A stretch of DNA of 64,000 bases from Lingula anatina (Eukaryota; Animalia; Brachiopoda). Shown in pieces: positions 51,844 to 64,000 of the stretch. How positions within the stretch are numbered: the stretch's first letter is position 1; each line of letters opens with the position of its first letter. Below the pieces are notes generated by a model that was not told the origin of the DNA, ran no database searches, and saw only the letters and a list, made by a program, of their open reading frames with translations. The position numbers and the translations under genes were made by a program. Where the stretch lies: contig CM120641.1 in assembly GCA_051362555.1 (NCBI GenBank), forward strand, positions 22,258,001-22,322,000, read 5' to 3'.

Positions 51844-54800
51844 GCAAAACGAACCATTTAAAACAGTGTTGGTTAAAAGCATGTAGTTATTGAGTAGGAA
51901 AAAAATTTTTTGAAAAAAAGAAAAGAGAATATAATCAGGTTTTGGCACTTGAATGTTAACACCGGATTCTCCTTGTATAATGGCATTAACAATTTCACAT
52001 TCTGAATAAAAATACGATTTATATTAACAACAATAACTGTCTTTTTCGTTCGAGTGGTTTCCTTGAAATGTTGACGTCGACCCTCTTGAGTAACAGTGTC
52101 GTTCATAACTGAATACCGTTTAGTATTCCTAACATTAGACGTATATACGCATGCATACATGCACACATGAAAAGGAGTAGTTTGTGTGGGTGCTAAATCT
52201 TCCCTGTGACATTTATTGCTTTATTAATTCTTTAAGCCCTCGGTGTGTTACATGCCAGGTTTTAGGTGAGGTTAAGCATGTCCGGACAATGATGTACCGG
52301 TAGTGAAATATAATGAAAAAAGTAGGGGCTCACCTGCTGCAACCACACAGTATCACAAAGCTCTGTTTGGTGTATAGAAGATCTATTTATAAAAAATCAT
52401 TAAACCCACAGTCCTTTTACCTTATAATCCGGTTGTGATTTTTGTGTGTAATAATATCGAGGGCAACTCAGCCGTAAACGCTGTTATCAGTTTCATTTTC
52501 GTACATTCTTCATGTTCTAGCAAACAAGTATACAAACAATTACCTCATGATAAACGGTGAGTTTGCCACTAGTGAAAGAGGGCGTGGAAAGAACTATTGC
52601 AATTATCGAATCAATTTATTGAATACGCTGTAATATATGCACGGGGGAGAATCCCCGGCACCCATCTGATCCAAATCTCCTACGACTTTAGTGCCGAGAC
52701 AACTTACAACTGCCAGACTTATCATTATGGTTTTTCATAGCAGCCGTTTTCTTGATCTTATGAACTGCATTGTACCTTCCGGCTTTACAAGGTTCAATTT
52801 ATTCACTCTAGATTCTAAGTAACATGGAATTCTATATTTTCCGCGAATGTTATGGATTCAGCGTATGTACCAAATGGAACAACATATTTTCCTGGAAACT
52901 GTAAACAAGAATAACTACGCGCGTTGATGAAACAAGAGCTATCTCCGTTTTCCGCGGTATTGATCCACATTAATGACGCAATGGTTTAAAAGTAGGGCAA
53001 ATATCGATCTTTTGATGGAATGCAATCAGCCAAGTATGCTCCATAGAGCACGGAAAGCCCAGTGTGCTTGAAAAACGTGATCATCGTTGCCTGCGGCTTA
53101 TAATATATTTATCATAAAATGCATGGGAGGTAGGCCTATGCAAACAACCGGGGATGCGCGTATGCAGTGCTAAAACAATGGCATCAGACTAGTTTTTACC
53201 TCATTGTAGCAAATTCGCCACAAAGGGACGTTTCTATGGTACTATCAATCTTGTTATTAAGTGCCACTAGCGTATTTGACATCCAATGAGACGCTGCATC
53301 ACAGTGCACACAGTACAGATGTATGTTCATCGGAATTGGTGCAAGTCAACCACAATGTCTATAAAGAACTGGATGACAAAATCCCTTTCAATAAGTACAT
53401 AAGTAAATAATGAAGCTAAAAATTCCTGGAGGGATTTGTGCTTGCATGCAAATAAATAATAGCCCAGTCCTTTCCGAGAATAATGACTGAAACAAGCATA
53501 TGTGTCTATCTCTGTCATTAGAGGGAATATCTAATGATATTAATAAATTTTGTATATTAGGAATAGATAGCAAGCAGTTCTGCCAACTTTTTGCCGTAAC
53601 GTTTTGTAATGAATTACAACATTCTATGAATACAAAATAGATATTTGTAGGTTTGACAGTTTGCTAGTATTGAAGGAATTAAAAGAAAGAATTAATGATT
53701 TCAGTGCATTTTATCCCCATGCGTTGTTGTTGTTGTTTGTTATGATTTTATGCTTGTGTGGGAATACATATATTTACCAGTATGTATGTCGTTGCGAATT
53801 ACAATGTCGACAACACTGTTATATTATGTAGTTAAAAATCCTCATAATCAAAAAGAAGTTTGCAAAGCTGTTTAAATCGGTTGTCAATAAAGAAAGATAC
53901 GTGGTAACGCTTTATCAACTTGTCAGGACCTAACAGACTCAGTTTTATTTATATGGGCCAAACCGCCACACCATTCACACTACTTTGTCGACCTTAATTC
54001 CCACATCAATGACATAATATGATTTTAATAAACTACACAAATGTCAAATTTTATTGTGGTAACGCTTACCTAAAGCTGACCCTCAACACAATGGAACGGG
54101 TCGTGTTTCTCACTCAGAACTTAAGGATTTACATCAGCCCTCATCAATAAATTCTTATTTGAAATTCAAGGGTTAAATACTAATAATGTATGTTCAATTA
54201 GAATATTTACGAAAGGAACCAAATATAGAAGACCAGAGGGTAAAAAATAATACTAATACTACTAATAATAATAATTATTTACTCTTCAAAAAATTGCACA
54301 ACACATGCACCTCAGTGCTTCTTTCATGAAATCATTGACACATTAAGAACCTTAAATTTGAATGAAAATTAATATCAGTATAAAACTTCAATTTTACGTG
54401 TAATTAAAATATCCCATAGAAATAAATATTTCATACTTTTCATCATAGTTGATTATTCAATTTGTTCACACTTAATAGATGAATGCCATTGACAAAGCAA
54501 AAGACAACTGAATAGAACCGATGGTTCTCTCTTATTTTCTGGCATCCTGTGTAGCATAAAATTTTCTATATTTCTATGTGGACATAAATATCTAAAAACG
54601 AAATTGCATAAAATTTAACATATGGCAACTATATGCAATCTTTACAATTGAAACTACTAAAAGAAGAATTCTACTTTTCACACACTTTTTTAATGATCAG
54701 AACATTTAAAAATTAAAAATTAAACGATTCAATACACATTAAGTACAATGAAGATATATTAACTCAACAATGCTACCTCCCTCGCATGTTCCTGTAGTTT

Positions 54801-56849
54801 TTAATGTGAATGACAAACGTTAGGGCCTACATGAAAAGTTACAGGAAAAGAAAAAAAACTATTTTGAGAAGTCCTATCATTCTGTATTGTGAAGCTAACG
54901 GACATTGTGGTCATTGATACTTTGCAATATAATGGCCAGTAAACAGATACAGCATGCAAAAGGCGAAATTTTGAGTTAATTAGGGCCTGAATGTCAGTTC
55001 ATTTTATTTATAAAAAGTTATAGTCTATGTAACCGTAGTGTCATTGGAAATTTGCAGTAATGGATGCACGCGGTGTCACAAAGCTTGGATTCATACAGGT
55101 GCTTCTGATGTGACAATTAAAAGAAGCTTATGTTTCAGGCAACAGCATCTACCTGTAACTATGTGCATGTAAGCATGGTCAAGATATGTGCCGGTTATTC
55201 TGCAAGCTGCATGCGTGTTTATTTCATTACCTTTGAAAAAATAACCGTGTTCACTGACACATTTGTTTGTATACTGCATTGTGCACTGGAACCTACATTC
55301 AAACCTAGTTCAAACAAATAATGTAAGATAATATTGATAATGACACTTTATATATGTTTGAGCTGAATTCTTGGAAAATTCAGCCAGAGGTTTTGTTTCA
55401 TAAGTTTCTAAGAACTCCGTTTATAATTAAGTTTCATATATATTCTGTCCATTGTTGGCATCCAATCCTTTGTATATAGAACATTGCTTTTGGTTTTACA
55501 TTTTTCGAACTAGCTTGCATTTGCGTTTTACATGGAGGAAAGTACGACCACCATAAAAATAATTACTTAGATGCGTATTTTCATAAAACTGATAGAAAAA
55601 CGTGAGAGTGTTAGCACAAATGAAATTAAAAAACCTAGTTTAGGCATGAATACGTAAAAGGCTCTGGATAGAGCTATTCTGTAACATGTATTTCAAAAGA
55701 AAGCGTCTTTAAAACAACAACAAAAACAAAGAATAAAGAGGTTATCAAAACTCGAAAGTGAATAAACCAGTGTGTTAATCAGGAGATAACAAAAGCACAT
55801 GGTAAATTCGTAAAGAGAGGATCAGTACAATCGTTTTGACCATTGCGTAGAGATTAGGAAGTGGCGAATCAACCTCCCACTCCCCTCTGCCAAACATTTC
55901 AAGTAAAATAACATCTGGGAAAGTTATCGACATCCAGCTCTTCAAGGACAAAAAAAGGGATCAGTGAGACTCTCCTTGCAAAGGGTTACCTCGGCAAGCA
56001 AGAAAGCTTTTGTTACTATACTACTAGTGTTGATTTTATGAAGACCATAAAATGATTTAAAAAACGCCAATCCGGACGCTTGATAAACAATTTCTACCAT
56101 GCGCACTTTTGTCTTGAGTGACGTCAGAAAATGCACCGAGTACGTGTCCTCAAGCGTTTGAAGGTCAAAACAGAATTGCGCAATTATACAGACAAGGCGG
56201 TCAATATTGACCTCACGCAACCTGTTTAGGGTCATTGCCAGGGTAGTAGGTCTAAGAGCGCTGCCTAAAACACCGCATTGATTATTTCAACCTGGCCACA
56301 GAAAGGTTGTTTACAGCATGCAATACAGGCCAGTGCCGGCTGCTTCTTTATTCCCCAAAGGCTTATTCATGCCTAATGCCTCTCCACGCTGCAATACTGA
56401 ATATGCGCAAGGTAGAGGGTCATGGCCTACATATATTCAATGCTTGCGTACTAAATAATTGTGTTGATGCAGCTGGCACGGTCTTCGATTAATACTCTTG
56501 GCAACAGAGAAGAGTATTTTGCTCTTAATGTTATCATTCCGAAACCATATATCTAATTATGCGCTTTAATATGTGTCTATTTCTGACCAGATGACCCTGA
56601 CTGAACTTAACATTTTACTACCTTGCGTTGAACTTGGTATTTGTAGTTTATCTCACCGTACCAAACATCCATGACTAAGGTGCCTTATTAATTCCTATAA
56701 AAACTCTACGATATTGAAGTAATCGACAGTCTTGTCCAATAATCGAACCAAGCATTCGCAGAGACAATTAAACAACATAAAAAAAAACAAAACCTTTTTT
56801 TCTTCACGATTCGGTTATTGACCGAAATCACAAACAATCATATTTCACA

Positions 56850-57335
56850 GATGTTCTGACGCAAGTCATTTGCCACAAACACGTCATGGTTATTCCCATT
56901 TATGACTACTAAGCCTACAGAAGAACATTGCATAATGTTATATTTACACATTTTCAGGCTTTTTTTTAGGTCAGGGCAACTTAAATGATAGCGAGGCTAT
57001 GAACTTTTGCCCTCACGATAAAACAGCAATGTCCTTACGTAACCTCGCAAATAGAGGATTCTAGCCAATCAAAAAGTCCGAGACAAGGAGTGACGATGAG
57101 CTCTGCTACGGAACGTACACATAAAACACGCTATTGGATACCTAATTTTGGATTACGTGAATGAACAGTGTACTTACATGGAAAAGCTGACCACAATGAA
57201 GACGTCATCTCGGGCCAAGTGAACGGATCGGGTCGACCTAAGTTAAAACATCGGACAACAACTGAACACTGGTCATCCAACTGACGACTAGGAGCACAAG
57301 TCGCGTTCTGAGGGTCACAAACGCGCCATACACAG
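56850..57335 (+). promoter_or_regulatory. Probable promoter and non-coding first exon of the bZIP gene
   Basis: CCAAT (~57064) and ATTGG (~57133) boxes, CATAAAA ~57120, TTACGTAA 57035-57042, donor cag|gtaaaa at 57335 pairing with the acceptor at 57935. Confidence 0.55.
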
Positions 57336-57950
57336 GTAAAATGATATTATTTCCCTTATCATATCCAAAGTTAATGAAATTGTTCAAATTCTTTGTCTGA
57401 AATATATTTCTCGACAAGATTAACGACTTGGTGCTGGAGTGCGATAGATTAAGTGTTTATTCCTTTTTCTCGGATCTTTTCAATTAATATTTAATTTTTT
57501 GTAATGCACCGGTAAACTAATAAATAAAGAATACCAAAATCGAATAAAACTCTCTTGGCTTGGCAAAATATTTGTATTTAGATACTTCAGAGGGGTAACA
57601 ATAATTTTACTCTTCGCCTTCGCTTTGCAATTTGGTTTAACGTGTTTTGCGCAGAGCCGTGTATACATCTGACGCGCACAGGAGGTAGGGAGGTTAGCCG
57701 AAAATTAAATAACTTTATCGATACTTTTCGTTAAAAATCGGTGGAAGAAATGCACTCATAAATTAACCATCCGTTCAGTGCACTTTTAATACCAGGAGGT
57801 CATATGGGTGGGGTTTCTTTGAAAGAAAAATGTATTCACTTTCATCCGCTATTAAGGACATTTCAAGAGCATGGCCAAAATGGCGGTCAGAGGAAGAGAA
57901 ACTGGGGTTTCTTATTTTGATCCCTTTTGTTTCAGACTAGCTTGTTGTGT

Positions 57951-58949
57951 ATGCCCGCTATCACAACCGTATCAATGAGAGGTAATATGGACGGTCAAGA
58001 ACACATACATGGGGTGCCGGCAGAAATCAAGCAAGAGCCCCCGAGTGCGCTAGATCAAACTACTATACAAAGTGACATATACAATGGGATAACAAACGGA
58101 CATGCAGACGATGAAGCGGATGAAGGGCCACTGGACTTTTCTATGAAAAAAAGGCACCAGGAAGAAGAAATTGAAGATATAGCATGTAATATTAAAAAAG
58201 AACCTCAGGAAAATGGCATCTCAGGGGAAGAAAACTGCGCTTCAGTCTACAGTACGGACTCGGAGTATCACTCAGTTCTGGGTCAACCTCAAACGGCGCT
58301 CCCGGGGACCGTTCCAGTGACGGGCTATCCGGCGTTCCACGGGTTTCCAGGGAGATTCCCTGTGAATGGGTTTCCACCAAATATGATGCTGCCTGGATCA
58401 CCTTTGTGTGTGCCAGACGCAGTTATAGAAGGGTCAAAGTCGTCCAGACCGTTCAAGTCATACCCCAAGGATCCGCTCTCTCTACCTCTGGGCTACTATG
58501 GCATCCCGGGCATGAACGGGGCACCTCCAGGATTGGAAGGTATCACGGCTACCTCTGAAGAATTATTTAGACTTTACCGGAATAGCGTATTACAGCGTAA
58601 AATAGATGACGAAGATGATCATGAATCGGGAGACAAACCACCCCCCTCCTCCCCCACGTCCTCCATCTCATCCACTTCATCATCTCCCCACCTTCCCATT
58701 AATGCTACTCACAATAACCGCAAGAAACCTCGGACACTCCCTGAGGGACAGAAAGACCAGGCGTACTGGGAGAGACGTAGGAAGAACAATGAGGCAGCCA
58801 AGCGGTCAAGGGACGCAAGAAGAGCCAAAGAGGACGAGATTGCGATCAGGGCAGCATTTCTCGAGCAAGAAAACCTCAAATTAAGAGTAGAGGTTGCCTC
58901 GTTAAAAAATGAGACTGCAAAACTCCGATGCATGTTGTATAACAGCTAG
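57951..58949 (+). CDS. gt: PAR-related bZIP transcription factor, giant/CES-2 type (332 aa, single coding exon)
   Basis: b[44 protein letters not shown], giant-type [11 protein letters not shown] motif and CtBP-type PLDFS motif. The ORF-track start (TTG 57927) lies in an intron: acceptor ttcag ends at 57935, first ATG is 57951. Confidence 0.88.
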   Translation: MPAITTVSMRGNMDGQEHIHGVPAEIKQEPPSALDQTTIQSDIYNGITNGHADDEADEGPLDFSMKKRHQEEEIEDIACNIKKEPQENGISGEENCASVYSTDSEYHSVLGQPQTALPGTVPVTGYPAFHGFPGRFPVNGFPPNMMLPGSPLCVPDAVIEGSKSSRPFKSYPKDPLSLPLGYYGIPGMNGAPPGLEGITATSEELFRLYRNSVLQRKIDDEDDHESGDKPPPSSPTSSISSTSSSPHLPINATHNNRKKPRTLPEGQKDQAYWERRRKNNEAAKRSRDARRAKEDEIAIRAAFLEQENLKLRVEVASLKNETAKLRCMLYNS

Positions 58950-61900
58950 ACATTTATCGAGAGAAGACGCCCAGTCTTTACAGTGCTACAGCTCAGGAAT
59001 ATAGATATTCCCATTCCTACATCAGGTACGCTGCGATTGACTCCATGACACGGTCATGTTCAGAGGGGGTGACTTCAGGGACGTAAACCATAAATACCTC
59101 ACTGTATACACTAACATTCTCTTTTAGGACCAGAATCAAAAATGAATCTTTACAGATGTCATACAACTGTGAATTTATTCAGGACGTCTTCTACTAGTTA
59201 ATTGGGTAGGTGTAATATTTAGTATTTTAATTTTTTTCTTTATGTGTACATTATTAGTGTTATGTCTTTTTTACAGTTATTTAACAGTTACCCCGGTTTT
59301 AAAAAGTGGGTCATATTTTTTTAATTCAGTTGTCTGTTGTTTAAGTATAGAATTAGTATATTTTACGCACTGCTTTTTTAAAACTAATTTCAAGCCAGTA
59401 CAAAATATAAGCCACAAAGTAAAAATATATTTACACACCCAAACATAAGTTGTGTCTTTGTGTTTATCAAGTTTAAGCCAATAGAACATGTAGGTTAAGG
59501 TGTGTAATATTTTTACCCAGCCAAATATGTAGATATATATCCGTTTTAATAGGTTTAGACCAGTAGGACATGCAAGTTCTAGACTGCAAATATGTAGATG
59601 TGCATTTGTGCAATGGGGTTTCCTCGTCTGATTTCTGAATTTAAAATATTACGGTTTATTTTTACCTTTTTTCTTGAGTATTTTACAAGGAGTTTCAAAA
59701 CATTGATAATGCAATGGAACACTGAACATTTAAAAACAGTCGTGAGATTTCTTTTACGAATTTATTTTAAATTTTTTTCGTGTTATTCAGAGAACGAGTA
59801 ATGTGAAGAAAAGGTAATTTCCGTTTTGCTTCAAATAACAATTGTTTTCTTCACATATACCAGAATGTTACATAAACATTGTCTTGGAAAAAAATAAATA
59901 AAACCGTGACCTTAATTCAACAATAATTAAAACACAAGTAAATATTATACCTAAATTTCAATATTAACCAAATGTCATAATTATTATGAAATGTCTTCTT
60001 AATATTCCAGGCCAAAAACTAAAAAAAAATTCCACCGGTCACTTTGAACCCTCTACATTTTTTCTATCATTTAAATAAATCTATAAAAAGCAGTAAAAAA
60101 GAATCCCAGTGAATTCTATTCCAAACTGAGCACAACGTCAGTCCATGTGCATCAATTAAGAAAAAAAAGATGTAACCTAAGTGTCTATGGCAACATCTAA
60201 CTCACCGAGGCCAGTAAATGTGTGTGTGTGTGTGTGTTTGCGTGGTGAAGTTATTAATATGGACATGTTGGCAAAACGGCCCTCTGAAACCTCAAATGAC
60301 CTGAATATATATACCCAGTGGAGGCAAGCACTGAACCAGGCGTCACGATCAATGTATGGTCCCTGTTGCCGAGCCTATATGAATAGGGCTAGTTCATATA
60401 CGGTCGGGTCAACACCAGGTAAATAATATGCTTGGTGTCAAACATGGTTGAATTGAGATTACTCACTGTCAACCGATATGGTCCTGGACGTGTTATTTCT
60501 CGCTCTGTATTTTTATGTTTTACGCACTTACACCGCATACACAAACATACATTAACCCACACATCCGCCAATAAACCCACTACCTCACTACTGTGCTAAA
60601 TAGTTGACCAGCTAGCCAATGCTTGACGTGTTGGTATACACCAATATAAAGCTTTTGAGAGAGAAGGTCATTTGGGGTCAGTTCTCATAATGCAAATAGC
60701 CAGGGAACGTTGTGTCAATATGATTGTACACCAAGTTGAGTGTAACCTCAGGACTCTGGCGCTTTCCAGTATGGCGCCATGAAGGGAGACATAAGCGCAC
60801 TACCTTGTTGTTGGTGGTTGGAGGGGGTCCTTTTAAACACATTCGAACAGTATCGCTCTGAGGCACAGCGGATAACAGAACTACCTCGTGTTAATCTCCT
60901 TTGTGCTCAGGTTTTTGTTTATAAGTTGACAGGCATAGTGGGCGGATTTTTCTGGTATCAAAATTAAGTTTATCTTATGATTGATAACCATACCATGATT
61001 GAAATGACCCATATTTTAATGACTTCATTGGCTGAAATTGAGATCACACGCAAGGACTTAAAGAGGCAAATGCCGGTAATGATTCAACATGGGAAACGTG
61101 TTTGAATTTAGTGCTCTGAATGAATTAATGAGATAACGTTCATATAGGGCAACATATGTAAAGTAGCGAGGATAAAGTGAAAATCAGTTTCGATGAGTAT
61201 TTTTGGCCAAAAAATCGCCCACGCATGTCTTTAAATGTAATGGAAATATACATGTATATATTTTTTGGGATTTCCAGCGGTTATGATGTTTTATGTTGAA
61301 TATGAAATATACATGTACATGCCTGCTGCTCTAAATCACATTTAAATTCATACATTTTCGACTTGCCTTCTTCTCTTTATAGTTGTTGTTTTTAATATTT
61401 GTTTTTAAAACATCATTTTAGATTACAGTAATAATATTAATTTGTCTGAAATGAGACAGTTCTGTATAGTATTCTGTATAACCAACCATTTCTGATGTTT
61501 TGAACCTCCTTGCTTGACAGAAAATCAGTTTTATTTTCGAAAGACTTGGAAACACACTATGATGACATTTCTCGTCAAAGTCATCAAAGAGCAGTTTCAG
61601 CGAACAAAACTGAAAACTGAATCTTTTATCACTGCATTTATTGCAAATCAAATAAGATATAAGAAGTGTTGATGAGGAAGGGAGTTGGGGTACCACAGAT
61701 TTACTAGCCCTTGTTATCACTACGGAGCATACGGGTTGTAATGTACAGAATTTGACATGATATTGAAGAAAATGTTTCTCAGCTGAAAACATTTAGTCTG
61801 TTTTGTTTCTGTTTGTTCTTAGAAACACAAGTTCTCAATGTGCAGGGATGTTTACTTGAGCTTTCCAAAAGTAAGATTATTTTCCAAAATTAAGGTTTTA

Positions 61901-64000
61901 AACATATGTACACAAAACTTGATGCCATTTTTGTTTGGAACATTAATAATCAAAATGTCCGTTAATATTCAAAAACACGTTCTGTTTGTTTTAGACGTGA
62001 TCTGCAGTTGATTAACAGATTTTTTCGTGAAGACAGTGCCATATTTTTGTAAATAATTTAATATATTTGTGACTCAATGCGTGTGGTGTATTGGTAGATT
62101 TTAGGACCAGGGTCCAAGTACGTGCAGATTGATTTCACACAAAGATTTCGACATGGTCAGGTTTCATCTTTTTATTATTTGCTTTCACTGCATTGTTATT
62201 TTTCTGTAGGTAATATGGAAACTTAGTACCGTATGACAACCTTGGCGTTACGTGTTACTTATACGAAAATTATATAGAAGGCATATGTACACAATTATAA
62301 TAATTATTTTTCGTTAATGCAGATGGAGCCATTAGTTGGGCAAGCTGTTAAGATATTTCACTCTGTTGTAAGACTGTGCAGATTTGTTATCTTTAGTAAT
62401 TGCAGGTGTCTTTAAAGTAATAAACAAAACTTTTCAGGGATTTTCAGAAAAAAATGTTCTAGTACGTGTAAAAAACGCCACCTTAACTTCTATTATTATA
62501 TTATGTGTATAAAACAGATTTCAGCTTCGTAATATTGGTTTTCATTTTCGGTTTCACGTGTCGAGTTACACATTCGCTTTACTGTGTGCGGGTTGTGGCG
62601 TTGCTCTTTTTTCAAATTTGCACGAATTCTTTATGTAGGCTGAAATGGGGGAAAGCTCAATAAACAGATGTGGTTTAACTGTCGAGTTTCCCGTGTGTTA
62701 TACATATATTAAAATGCTCGTTCGGTTATGAAAGATCATGGTTCGATATGGATGCGTTTGTTTATCTAAGCGGAAAATACATATACCGGGTGGTGGCAAT
62801 TTATTTTCCATCATTTGCTTTCGAATCAACATGATTATTTATAAATATTAAGTTTGTGTTGAATTCGATGAAAATCTCCTCAATATTAAATTTTACACTG
62901 ATAGAATCGATTTTGATTAAATGGGTGGCAACATCTAGTGTTTCTTCTTTCTGATCAATATGATATCGAGATCGTGAGTAAGAGATTATTTGAACATGAC
63001 AAAAAGATCAAAATATCGCTATGTGTTCAGGATATCTAGGAAAAAATGCTTATCCTTTTGTAGTAATGCATGGACATGAATGACCAGAAAAATAGTAAAA
63101 GATAATTTATTAATTATATTTGTTGCATAGAACGGGTAAAGCTACATTCACCTGGCGTGATAAAAGGAAATGCTGATTTTGCACAATGAAGTCTATCCCA
63201 AGGGTTACATGGTTTAGAGTAAAAAATACATTATTCAAAGAGGAAATACTATATAGGAAATAATATATGATACAACCATTACTATTCGCCTTGCCATTAA
63301 ACATCACTCCAGGCGCGAATGGCGTTCAAATCCCTGTTAACATTCAACTGGCTTCTCTGTTCACCAAGATGGAACAATGACTTTATCTTCTTTGGCACAT
63401 ATATGACCTGCTACTATGATAATTGGCAGATAAAAACTTTATGAACTATCTAAAGAAACAGGCACTGCGCTACGTGTTCCTGCATGGTACCCAACGGCTG
63501 ACTTGAACATAGTGCCGGTGGTCATTATTTTTTAATGTTCTGCGACAATATGTTTTGATTCTGGCAAATCTCTAGACGGTATGTACATGAATGATTTATA
63601 CTGCATATAAAAAGATCCACTTGACACTAAACTGGTATTGCTGGGGCTGCTCTGAAAAAAAAAGAAAAAAGGCATATCAAGACGATTACTACATACAATA
63701 TGCCCGTAAAGGCAATTTCTGACATGTGAGTTCTTTCAAAAGAAAACTAAGCAGTAAAAAATCCCAAAATGCTTGTTAAACAAAAAGTAACTGCCAAAAT
63801 AAAAAATGCTTCAAATGGCTGTGAGCCAGGAGATACACCAACTTGATAGAATATGTAGCGCATCTTAAAGGGCGTTACTAGAAGAATTAAGTGGCAGCCA
63901 AGTAAAGCAATTTGGTTGTATTACGTGCTGCAATTGCAACAAAGCAATTAATGGCATGCTTTAAAGATCTAAGGTGAATTTGGAATGGAGTGTAAGATCA

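Noticed and set aside
58606-58933. Overlapping ORFs (His/Pro-rich on plus, hydrophobic on minus) within the bZIP gene
   Set aside because: Alternative-frame by-products of the Ser/Pro-rich and bZIP coding sequence.
61418-61792. 124-aa minus-strand ORF
   Set aside because: No domain signature or convincing exon chain; the region from 59000 to 64000 looks like UTR and intergenic DNA.

Overview
AT-rich, intron-rich DNA from an invertebrate animal (probably a lophotrochozoan or other marine bilaterian; this is inference). It is not prokaryotic, so most ORF-track entries are exon fragments or noise. I built three genes by hand from GT-AG sites and frame continuity. (1) The first five coding exons of NOP53/GLTSCR2 on the minus strand, running off the left edge. 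(2) A ~46-kb plus-strand gene (5755-51843; 52 phase-compatible coding exons, ~2,900 aa if all are joined) for a type-I membrane mosaic protein: signal peptide - LamG/ConA - kringle - FN2 x2 - Thr linker - (CUB-TSP1)x6 - CUB - LamG-like domain split by two LCCL domains - second LamG-like domain - C-type lectin - sushi - Gly/Ser/Thr stalk - sushi x3 - TM - short tail. (3) A giant/CES-2-type PAR-bZIP gene (57951-58949). The main finding is that each FN2 exon has its own paralogous ATG + signal-peptide exon just upstream (13869-13923, 17509-17569). The receptor gene therefore looks like a locus with three alternative N-terminal cassettes feeding one constant region. Other oddities: a near-identical CUB exon pair inside diverged introns, LCCL domains nested inside a LamG fold, and a minisatellite made from a splice acceptor. 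Introns carry decayed Tc1 elements, TTAA MITEs, a foldback element and small hairpin MITEs. Exon models are not supported by RNA data.
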